A DNA stretch of 36,671 bases from an uncultured virus (IMG/VR IMGVR_UViG_3300038504_000001) (Duplodnaviria > Heunggongvirae > Uroviricota > Caudoviricetes): the IMG/VR virus record IMGVR_UViG_3300038504_000001, positions 62,001 through 98,671 of that record; one strand, given 5' to 3'. The translations under genes and the position numbers were made by a program. Shown piece after piece: positions 25,033-32,482 of this stretch (within the stretch, counting starts at the first letter, position 1; every line of letters starts with the position of its first letter). Under the pieces are notes generated by a model, which saw only the letters and a program-made list of their open reading frames with translations, was not told the origin of the DNA and did not search any database.

Positions 25033-25090
25033 AAGAAAAAAGCTTAGAGAAAAAAGAAAGAAGAGACAGGAGAAACAAAATGCTGGGTAA
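25019..25090 (+). CDS. Basic micropeptide (23 aa)
   Basis: MTASERKKLREKRKKRQEKQNAG; GGAG RBS at 25005-25008. Confidence 0.4.
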   Translation: MTASERKKLREKRKKRQEKQNAG

Positions 25091-25280
25091 ATCTGGAACA
25101 GCAGGTCTTCTAGCCTATTATGCTTTAGCTTCTGCTTCTTCAATGAGTAATGATAGAGCTTACTCTAAATTGTCTGGGCAAGGGTTTGTTAATTCAAACA
25201 AGCCTAGAAATGAGAATGCTAAATCTAAGAGAGCTAAAGATAAAAAAGCTAAGGCTTCTAGGAAGAAAAATAGGAGCTAA
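25080..25280 (+). CDS. Small protein with basic tail
   Basis: AGGAG RBS; ends KSKRAKDKKAKASRKKNRS. Confidence 0.65.
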   Translation: MLGKSGTAGLLAYYALASASSMSNDRAYSKLSGQGFVNSNKPRNENAKSKRAKDKKAKASRKKNRS

Positions 25281-25315
25281 GTTGTCTTAGTATTTGTTTT
25301 ATATTAGGAGAACTT

Positions 25316-25525
25316 ATGCCAAAACAAATACTATTGACTTACAAAGAGTTTAGAGAAAGAGCCATTCCTGTAGCTGGATTTGATAAAGGTTCTGTGGTTC
25401 CTTATGACATTCAGCTTAGAGCAAATGATGAAGCTCTATTGCAAGGTTCATTGTATTCTGTTAAAACAAACGAAGACAATGTTACATTAACTTTAATAGA
25501 AGAAAAGGAAGAGACAGATGACTAA
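25316..25525 (+). CDS. Small hypothetical protein
   Basis: AGGAG RBS; TAGTAT motif upstream. Confidence 0.7.
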   Translation: MPKQILLTYKEFRERAIPVAGFDKGSVVPYDIQLRANDEALLQGSLYSVKTNEDNVTLTLIEEKEETDD

Positions 25526-26144
25526 ATTCGTAGCATTTGATACAGAAACATGTGGCACCGACCCTGATGTAAATGGTATTATTCAGATTGGTGGAGTTAT
25601 TTTCCAATGTGGAAGATTAAGACAATCTGAAATAACAGTATTGAAAGAGTTCAATATCACTGCTAATGCTTATGAAGCTGGCTGTGTGGAAGCTTCTTGG
25701 GTTGATTATAAGACTAAAGAGACTAAAACACCTTTTGATGTTCACGGTATCTCAAATGAGGTTATAGCTACCTATCAACCTTACCGAAGTGCTTATAATG
25801 AGTTGAAAAGTAACTTAGACAAGCACATTGATAAGTTCAATAAAGAAGACAAGCTAATTGCTATAGGATACAATATCGAGTTTGATATGGATATGCTATT
25901 TGGTATGGCTAAAAGAAATGGAGACAAGTATCTTGGCTCATATATTTCAAGGTCAGCTATTGATGTTATGCCTTTAGCTAGATGGGCTGATGCAGTTGGT
26001 GTTTTACCTTTTGTACCTGAGAATCATAAACTTGCAACTATGTGTGAGGGATTTGGAATTGAGATAAATGCTCACGATGCTTTATCTGATATAAAAGCTA
26101 CAGTAGAATTATTGTGGAAACTAAATGAATGCTTAGGAATTTAA
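25518..26144 (+). CDS. DEDDh 3'-5' exonuclease (DnaQ/epsilon-like)
   Basis: VAFDTETCG, IGYNIEFD, HKLATMC, AHDALSDIKAT. Confidence 0.92.
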   Translation: MTKFVAFDTETCGTDPDVNGIIQIGGVIFQCGRLRQSEITVLKEFNITANAYEAGCVEASWVDYKTKETKTPFDVHGISNEVIATYQPYRSAYNELKSNLDKHIDKFNKEDKLIAIGYNIEFDMDMLFGMAKRNGDKYLGSYISRSAIDVMPLARWADAVGVLPFVPENHKLATMCEGFGIEINAHDALSDIKATVELLWKLNECLGI

Positions 26145-26145
26145 A

Positions 26146-26385
26146 ATGCAAGCTAGATTATTAAAACCAAGAAGAGTTAGTCTTTACAGACTGGATATGA
26201 TTGTAAAATCTCTTAACCCTAAACTTGTAGAAAGAGTTACTTTATCTACAACTGAAGTTAAAGCAGAAACTAAAGCTATTATTGGTGTATCTGTGTACTT
26301 AGTTTCTGACCACTTCAGTTCTGTAGAATCTTATATTGCTGTTGGGTGTGATACTCCTATTTATTCTCCAGAGTCTGTTGAATAA
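26146..26385 (+). CDS. Small hypothetical protein
   Basis: AGGA RBS; TAATG coupling to the next gene. Confidence 0.65.
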   Translation: MQARLLKPRRVSLYRLDMIVKSLNPKLVERVTLSTTEVKAETKAIIGVSVYLVSDHFSSVESYIAVGCDTPIYSPESVE

Positions 26386-27125
26386 TGTCAATTAAGCCTT
26401 GCACATCTTACAATATTGTATTTGATGATAATTCAGATAATGGCTCAGGAAACTTAGCTTATCTGTTATCCCAAACAATATTTAAACTAAATCTTGATAA
26501 AGGTCTTGAGAGGGGTTTACCTTTCTTAGCTGACCAAGGAATAGTTATTTCAAATGACGAACTTCCTGCAAGAAATTTAGTTGTGCTAAGTCTTAATAAA
26601 CATAATGCAGAGTCTACTGATTTAATATTACAACAAGATATTGCTGATATAATACATTTTATGTTAGCTTACAACAATGGTGTAACTTGTGACATAAGAA
26701 AGATAAAAGCTATATGCAAGACTTATAAAAAGACTCAGTCTTACCGAAAGTATTTGCATTGCTTAATGGTGTTAGCTATTAACCTAGATACTGAAGTAGC
26801 TGATAAATACATAAAAGACTTATTGTCTTATGGTCTTCCTTTCTATGTTAAAGTAAAAGAAACTATAAGACTGTTAGTTAACTTGAATCAAAGTCATCTG
26901 AGAAAGCTATTGTTCTATCGTAATGTTTGGGGGGAAGATACTTTAAACTCAATCTTCTTATATTTAACTGGAGATAACCCTTTACCTGAGTATATAACTA
27001 ATGAATTTAAAGAAGATATGGCTGGTAACTTATATAAGATAAACCTTATTAACTTAGGTATAGCTTTAGGTAAAGGACAGTTGAACAAGATGATACTTAA
27101 GTTAATATTGGATACTGAAGAATGA
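26385..27125 (+). CDS. Hypothetical protein (possibly a degenerate clamp-loader accessory subunit)
   Basis: 246 aa, helical C-terminal half; the functional guess is from context only. Confidence 0.6.
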   Translation: MSIKPCTSYNIVFDDNSDNGSGNLAYLLSQTIFKLNLDKGLERGLPFLADQGIVISNDELPARNLVVLSLNKHNAESTDLILQQDIADIIHFMLAYNNGVTCDIRKIKAICKTYKKTQSYRKYLHCLMVLAINLDTEVADKYIKDLLSYGLPFYVKVKETIRLLVNLNQSHLRKLLFYRNVWGEDTLNSIFLYLTGDNPLPEYITNEFKEDMAGNLYKINLINLGIALGKGQLNKMILKLILDTEE

Positions 27126-27295
27126 AAGTAGCTATGATTGCTAAGATACTTTTACAAGATAACCTTGATTTTAGAAACAAGAAAAACTTAGCTAAGTATC
27201 TAGATAAAGAATTTAAAGGAGATATTAGTTCTTTAAAGAAAGTTTCTAAGTTAGCTAGAGATTTAACAGAAGTTAAAGATAACTTTAAAACTTGA
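27122..27295 (+). CDS. Small basic protein (57 aa, not in ORF track)
   Basis: MKVAMIAKILLQDNLDF...DNFKT; ATGA overlap with the previous gene. Confidence 0.55.
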   Translation: MKVAMIAKILLQDNLDFRNKKNLAKYLDKEFKGDISSLKKVSKLARDLTEVKDNFKT

Positions 27296-27611
27296 ATGTT
27301 CTTGGGTGTGGATTTCCTTTCTGCAACTTTGGCCTGTCCACACCTCAGAGCATTTATTACCTTAACGGTAGCTCTAGTATTGACAGCTCATACTTTGTGT
27401 AGCTGTAGAGGACTCGTATTAATTTTACTTAGAAAGTCTTCGCCAGTAAAGGGTCGGTCCTTTACTGAAGAATATATTATCTCCTAGGTTTTATATTAAA
27501 AGTCTGTGTGCGTGTGATTCCTTGTGCCAAAGGGCTCTTATTCATATGATTTGGTTTTACGATACTCTTTTTTAAATAGAATTTTCCACCTAGGTCTCCT
27601 TGCTTAGGTGG
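27295..27611 (+). ncRNA. Putative structured RNA(s) upstream of the tRNA-like genes
   Basis: Stems at 27295-27354, 27372-27410, 27444-27467 and 27586-27611 in a gene-free gap that is more GC-rich than other spacers. Confidence 0.4.
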
Positions 27612-27614
27612 TTT

Positions 27615-27690
27615 GGGGTGCTAGCTGTAATTGGTTAGAGCAACTGCTGAGAGCAGGGTTGTGTAGGTTCGAACCCTACGCACTCCACCA
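27615..27690 (+). tRNA. Aberrant tRNA with Ala identity (G3:U70, A73); anticodon arm non-canonical (5-nt loop UGAGA, or GAG anticodon on a 3-bp stem)
   Basis: GGGGTGC/GCACTCC acceptor, A, encoded CCA; T arm GTAGG-TTCGAAC-CCTAC; D arm GCT..TGG..AGC; CTGC-TGAGA-GCAG. Confidence 0.8.
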
Positions 27691-27748
27691 TAATATTGAA
27701 ATAAATACAGTAGCTATACTGTGGGTGCCAACCTTATTTATTTCTTAT

Positions 27749-27825
27749 GTCTCAATAGCTCAGAGGTAGAGCAATCCCCTTTTAAGGGATAGGTCGCACA
27801 TAATCAAAAAGTGCTTGGGACACCA
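27749..27825 (+). tRNA. tRNA-Lys(UUU) with aberrant T arm
   Basis: GTCTCAA/TTGGGAC acceptor, A, CCA; GCTC/GAGC D stem; ATCCC-CTTTTAA-GGGAT; T arm GCAC-ATAATCAAAAA-GTGC lacks GTTCRA. Confidence 0.85.
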
Positions 27826-27909
27826 TTTAATTTCTTGTAGTATGAACTTATTGACAGTCTATACTAGGGGAAACCCTACCTACGCTCATTAGGTTAAACT
27901 CTTAGTTAT

Positions 27910-27951
27910 CAAGTACTGTTGTTGCTAACATTCATACAGTACTTGGTTTTT
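27910..27951 (+). terminator. Stem-loop plus T-tract closing the RNA cluster
   Basis: CAAGTACTGT/ACAGTACTTG perfect 10-bp stem followed by GTTTTT. Confidence 0.55.
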
Positions 27952-27970
27952 ACAAACAAAACTTCAAACT

Positions 27971-27989
27971 TAGTATATATCTTTATAAT
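27971..27989 (+). promoter_or_regulatory. Phage-specific promoter-like motif TAGTAT-N7-TATAAT
   Basis: Best copy of a motif also present at 2699, 4315, 5712, 22809 and 25288. Confidence 0.55.
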
Positions 27990-28006
27990 CAAATAAAAGG
28001 AATATT

Positions 28007-29134
28007 ATGCGTAATTTAGCTAACAAATATCGTCCTTCAACATTTAGTGAAGTAGTTGGGCAAGAGCATATGACTGTTCTTTTAGATAGTATGGTAAACG
28101 GCTCTGGAGTATTGCCTTCAGGTCTTGTATTTGTAGGTAAGGCTGGTTCAGGAAAGTCAACGTCAGCTAGAATATTGGCTAAAGCTATCAACTGTTTATC
28201 TGAACATAAACCTTGTAATACTTGTGCTAACTGTGTTATGTTTAATACTATAAAATCTGATGGTATGCCTTCTTATCCTGACTATTTAGAAGTTGACGCC
28301 GCATCTTATGGTGGTAAGGAAGACATTGGATTACTTCTTGACTTAGCTGATAGAGGTACTTCTGTGCCTGGGGGACGAAGAGTAATATTGCTTGACGAAG
28401 CTCATAGATTATCTAGAGAAGCTTTTGATATTCTTCTTAAACCTTTAGAAGAGGGAATGTCTAAAACTGTTTGGATATTCGCAACTACTGATGGGGACAA
28501 AGTCCCCGCAGCTATATTGTCTCGTTGCCCTACTTTTACTACCAGACCTTTAACTCAAAAGAAACTTTATGGATATCTCAAAATGATTCTTGAATCTGAG
28601 AGTCTTGAATATGATGAAAAAAGCTTAACATTATTGTCTTATATCTATGCTGGTAAAACTCGTGATGCTGTAACTGAATTGAATATGCACGTAAACTCGA
28701 AAGGTTCTTTCCTTTCCTATAGTGACAAGTCTATTTATGAGTACATTATGGACTCTATGCTTAGAGCTTATAATAAGGACTTAGAGGGAGCTTATGAGTT
28801 GGTTAAAGAAACTATATCTTTTAAATCATCAAATATTGGTTATGACATAAGCGAAACAATACTTGCATTATATACTAAAAACTATAACCTAGTAAACAAG
28901 GGTGTGTTAGATGATTTTATAGAACTTGTTGGAGTTAATCTTTCAAAGATTATGAATATTTATCTTAATAACAATATTACTAATTCAGATAAGTTTATTC
29001 TGTCTTTGTGTTTGATAAGTGATTTAAACAAATCAACTGTTAAATCAATACAAACTAAAAGACGTGTGAAAACTGAAACTAGTATAAGCAAGGGATTAGT
29101 TGAAGATTTAGCTGGAACAGGAAAGTTTACATAG
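28007..29134 (+). CDS. dnaX: Clamp loader, DNA polymerase III gamma/tau-like
   Basis: LANKYRPSTFSEVVGQ, GKAGSGKST, C..PCNTCANC, EVDAAS, LDEAHRLS, LLKPLEE, ILSRC. Confidence 0.95.
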   Translation: MRNLANKYRPSTFSEVVGQEHMTVLLDSMVNGSGVLPSGLVFVGKAGSGKSTSARILAKAINCLSEHKPCNTCANCVMFNTIKSDGMPSYPDYLEVDAASYGGKEDIGLLLDLADRGTSVPGGRRVILLDEAHRLSREAFDILLKPLEEGMSKTVWIFATTDGDKVPAAILSRCPTFTTRPLTQKKLYGYLKMILESESLEYDEKSLTLLSYIYAGKTRDAVTELNMHVNSKGSFLSYSDKSIYEYIMDSMLRAYNKDLEGAYELVKETISFKSSNIGYDISETILALYTKNYNLVNKGVLDDFIELVGVNLSKIMNIYLNNNITNSDKFILSLCLISDLNKSTVKSIQTKRRVKTETSISKGLVEDLAGTGKFT

Positions 29135-29220
29135 ACTTCAAGTTCAGATAAATATTGTTGTACCTGAATACAGGTAGATTCATATAGCTATAAGCTAAAT
29201 AAAATTTAAGGAAAAAGATT

Positions 29221-29853
29221 ATGCCTCCAATTAAAAGAACTCCAAGTAGAGAAGCAATCAGACCAACTAAAGAAGTAGTTGCTCAAAAAGAAGATGAAGA
29301 AGAGGAAGATGACATCGAAGACGAGATTGAAGACAACGATGATGATATCTTAGAAGAGGAAGCTGCGGCACAAGAAGCAGAAGACGAAGAGGACGAAGAA
29401 GCAGAAGACGAAGAGGGGGATTCTGAGTTTGCAGGATTACCTGATGTTACTGAACCTTTAGGGGAACCTGGCGTTGGTTTTGATTACTTTGGTACAGTTC
29501 ACGCTGATTTAAAAGCTGCGGGATATGTAAACAATCAAACTGAAACAAAAGATCTATTGAAATACTTAGCTCAAATGGCATTCTTCAATGCATTTGAAAA
29601 CAGCAAACATGACATTCCTGGATTAGGTTCTGTTGTTTCTGATGTTCAAGCTTCAAAAGTTAAAATAGCAAACTTCGCTATGAAAAATGGTACACAAAAA
29701 GGGGAAGAGTATACTGTTCCTGCAAAACATGTATTAGGTTTCAAAGTTAGCGGTGCAGCTCAAACAAAACTTGCTGAAATTTCTGAAATTGAGGGGTGGG
29801 AGCCTGAAGCTTTCCTTAACAATGAGGAAGAAGAGGCTGAAGACGAAGAATAG
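29221..29853 (+). CDS. HU/IHF-like domain protein with D/E-rich extensions
   Basis: IPGLGSV...GEEYTVPAKHVLGFKVS parallels HU GFG.F...GE.I.IPA..V..FK; about 50-aa D/E tract at the N-terminus and an acidic C-terminus. Confidence 0.65.
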   Translation: MPPIKRTPSREAIRPTKEVVAQKEDEEEEDDIEDEIEDNDDDILEEEAAAQEAEDEEDEEAEDEEGDSEFAGLPDVTEPLGEPGVGFDYFGTVHADLKAAGYVNNQTETKDLLKYLAQMAFFNAFENSKHDIPGLGSVVSDVQASKVKIANFAMKNGTQKGEEYTVPAKHVLGFKVSGAAQTKLAEISEIEGWEPEAFLNNEEEEAEDEE

Positions 29854-29860
29854 CATCGTC

Positions 29861-29884
29861 GAGGGTTAGTATTGTCTAACCCTT
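29861..29884 (+). terminator. Hairpin after the HU-like gene
   Basis: AGGGTTAG-TATTGT-CTAACCCT. Confidence 0.5.
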
Positions 29885-29906
29885 CTCAATGTTATTAAGG
29901 ACTAAA

Positions 29907-30845
29907 ATGAGCAAACAATATACAAGCCTTTTCATATATAAACTTAAAAAAGAGTTCATTATTGGAATAGCAGAAAACTTTCCAAATATTAGAATACTTA
30001 CTGATGATTTGCTATGTGACGCAACTTATTTATTCATACCTGAAGATATTGATAGCAAAACTTTATCTAAGTTAAAGGGTAGTTTAGGCGGGGCTTACAA
30101 TGAGTCTTTTTCTTCATTAATTTCTGAGAATGAGATTGAGAAAATGTTTAATAAAAGAACTAAGGAGAAAATTAGTATTAAGGCAGGGGATTTAGGGTTT
30201 CTAGAGGGGTTCGGGAGTGTTCAAATGTGTGTAATTGAGTCTGAAAATGATTATATAGTAGTTAAACCTACTTCTGTTAATTTATTCAAACCTATAATCT
30301 CTTCATTAGATTCTTTTAAATTATGTAAAGAAGAAACAAAACACAGTATTGAATATACATATAACTTAACTGTTGCAATAGATTGTGATATATTTCCTAA
30401 CACAGACAAAGCAGATACTAATCTTTATTATTTTATACTTAAAGAAACTTTAGCTAGGATTATGTACAATGTGTACAATCTTGTAGACAATATTAACTTA
30501 GTGTTATCTAACCCTTGCCCTTTGCTTCAAATGGTTGGTGCAAGCTTGGGTATTGACTCTGTTTTTGGAGACATTAAATCTCCTTTCTTATCTGATGTAA
30601 GCAAAGCTCATATTAGGGTCAATCCTGCTAAATGGTATTCTGTAGTTAATGTATCTGACCTTGGAAGAGGGGAGACTATATCTTCAACTATATCTGTACA
30701 TTCTTTAATAGATTTTCACAGAAGTTTAGAAGTACATAGTAACCTTAACTCATATGAGATTTACCAACTATTGAATAGACGATACTTTATCTATCATAGC
30801 TTGTTGGATATAAATCTTAAGAACAGTCCTTTAGGAGACGAATAA
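29907..30845 (+). CDS. NusG-like (NGN + KOW) protein fused to an unknown C-terminal domain
   Basis: YLFIP, ISENEIEKM, IKAGDLGFLEGFGSVQMCVIE; ATG 29907 after AAGGA. Confidence 0.5.
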   Translation: MSKQYTSLFIYKLKKEFIIGIAENFPNIRILTDDLLCDATYLFIPEDIDSKTLSKLKGSLGGAYNESFSSLISENEIEKMFNKRTKEKISIKAGDLGFLEGFGSVQMCVIESENDYIVVKPTSVNLFKPIISSLDSFKLCKEETKHSIEYTYNLTVAIDCDIFPNTDKADTNLYYFILKETLARIMYNVYNLVDNINLVLSNPCPLLQMVGASLGIDSVFGDIKSPFLSDVSKAHIRVNPAKWYSVVNVSDLGRGETISSTISVHSLIDFHRSLEVHSNLNSYEIYQLLNRRYFIYHSLLDINLKNSPLGDE

Positions 30846-31507
30846 TGTTATACTTATCTGATTTGGAAAATGCAGGAGAGGGTGGTTCTTTAGATACAAT
30901 CAACATGACTTCCATCTTTGACTTTGATAAATATGATTTCAAGTCTGAAATGATGGAAATGTCTGATGTATTATCTCCTTACTTATCTCTATTGTCTCCT
31001 TTAGACAAGACTTTATATGATATGTACTTTATTCATAATGCTAAAGTGGAAGTATTAGCATTGTACTTTGAAGTTAGCACTACTGCAATATATAAAAGGA
31101 TACGAACTATAAACAATAAGCTAAAGTCAATAGTGTATCTTAATATGGATAAAGAAACTTTATACAATTTCTTAAAGACATACTTTATTCAAGATACTAA
31201 CACAGCTAAGTATATTGTTCAGTTTATATTCCAAAGAACTTCTAAAGTAGGGGAAGACGAAGACTTAAACTTCAAAACAATTCAATATATTATGGACAGG
31301 TTAAGTCAAGCTCATAATGCTGGAGTTAATAGCTTATCTGAGTTTGTGATTAAACCTATTAAACGAAACAACAAAAGACATTATGCATATCTTAAGATTA
31401 AAAGATTGCTTGAAGTCATCAACTTTATTATTGATAAGAAAGCTTATCGATATTCTATTTTTAGAGGGTCTCTTGTAGGGACTTTCGATTACAGGGACTA
31501 TATATGA
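30845..31507 (+). CDS. Sigma70 region-4-like HTH protein
   Basis: LSPLDKTLYDMYFIHNAKVEVLALYFEVSTTAIYKRIRTINNKLK. Confidence 0.65.
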   Translation: MLYLSDLENAGEGGSLDTINMTSIFDFDKYDFKSEMMEMSDVLSPYLSLLSPLDKTLYDMYFIHNAKVEVLALYFEVSTTAIYKRIRTINNKLKSIVYLNMDKETLYNFLKTYFIQDTNTAKYIVQFIFQRTSKVGEDEDLNFKTIQYIMDRLSQAHNAGVNSLSEFVIKPIKRNNKRHYAYLKIKRLLEVINFIIDKKAYRYSIFRGSLVGTFDYRDYI

Positions 31508-32112
31508 TTGAACATTTAAACTTATGGGAACTTGAAGAGATTGCAACTCATACTGAGGGGTCTGCATTAATTGTAGACTTAACATCAAAAGAGATTTTAA
31601 GAGCTTCCCCTGTACCTCACATTAATAAGATTTGCTCTTGCCGTAATTTAGAGTATGACTTTTCCTATCATTGTATTAAGTGTGGTACTTCTTATGCTAA
31701 ACTTAACGTGGGATTGAATTCTTATGAATTTTATTCTATATTATACAAGTTTATGGAAATATACAGTAAGCAATTCGATGCTATTGCTTTCGTTACTTCA
31801 TCAGTATTGCCTTTAGACTTTGTAGGGTCTTTAAACAAGATTAACTGGACATTTTTACCTAATCTTCCTTATAGAAGAAATATAATCCATATAACTAATG
31901 ATATGGTTCATACAGATGATTTCTTTACTTTAAATGGGTTAGCTGAAGAAGTTAGGGACAGGGTATCTTACTTATCTATATTCTCAGATAACAAGGAAGT
32001 ATTGAACTTACATAAATCTAAAATAATACATTCTTCGAGAATGAGTCCTACATCTTACTTACAGATGATTCTTGGTTCTAGTGGGTTTCCATATAAATAT
32101 CTGTTAAGTTAA
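31504..32112 (+). CDS. Zinc-ribbon hypothetical protein
   Basis: ICSC-x10-CIKCG; ATGA overlap. Confidence 0.65.
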   Translation: MIEHLNLWELEEIATHTEGSALIVDLTSKEILRASPVPHINKICSCRNLEYDFSYHCIKCGTSYAKLNVGLNSYEFYSILYKFMEIYSKQFDAIAFVTSSVLPLDFVGSLNKINWTFLPNLPYRRNIIHITNDMVHTDDFFTLNGLAEEVRDRVSYLSIFSDNKEVLNLHKSKIIHSSRMSPTSYLQMILGSSGFPYKYLLS

Positions 32113-32147
32113 TTTCTTATTACTATAATATTAATAAGGAACTTAAA

Positions 32148-32471
32148 ATGCAAAATATAGCTAAACCGAGTTTAAAAATAGGTAACTCTTCTAAGAGAGT
32201 ATTTAATTCTTGTCCTTTAGATTTCAAAGGCGTGTCTATTTGCTCTATGAAGCAAGTAAATTACACTAACTACACAATAGAAAGTAAAAACTCTATTGAC
32301 GAGCTTTTAAAGCAATTTAAGAATAGTAACCCTAACTTGAAATTTGTAAATGGAATTATAGGGGACTCTTTCTATGACAATGAAGAGTCTGAATTAATTA
32401 ACAAACCTGAGAATGATATTTGGCAATTAAAAGACTTAGGTAACGGAATGTACTCAGTTCACTTAGCTTAA
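32148..32471 (+). CDS. MQNIA-tagged small protein (orphan copy)
   Basis: Starts MQNIAKPSLKIGNS; AAGGA RBS; TAATTT-N8-TATAAT upstream. Confidence 0.8.
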   Translation: MQNIAKPSLKIGNSSKRVFNSCPLDFKGVSICSMKQVNYTNYTIESKNSIDELLKQFKNSNPNLKFVNGIIGDSFYDNEESELINKPENDIWQLKDLGNGMYSVHLA

Positions 32472-32482
32472 AAGGAAAACAA

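Noticed and set aside
27296..27487. 63-aa ORF in the structured region
   Set aside because: No RBS, atypical composition, and coincides with strong hairpins; better explained as non-coding.
27615..27690. tmRNA, or an ordinary tRNA-Leu(GAG)
   Set aside because: Closed 76-nt cloverleaf with a D arm and no mRNA-like domain, so not tmRNA; no long variable arm and it carries G3:U70, so not a normal tRNA-Leu.
27380..27856. TTGACA at 27380 and 27851 as sigma70 -35 boxes
   Set aside because: No -10 hexamer at 16-18 nt spacing in either case.
28007..28036. MRNLANKYRP start of the clamp loader as an MQNIA-type tag
   Set aside because: It is the conserved DnaX LA.KYRP motif.
29161..29192. TACCTG-AATA-CAGGTA hairpin and TATAGCTATA palindrome upstream of the HU-like gene
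   Set aside because: Short, single occurrences that are expected by chance; function unsupported.
29290..29420. GAAGAC/GAAGAA tandem-like repeats
   Set aside because: Low-complexity codons of the D/E tract, not an independent repeat element.
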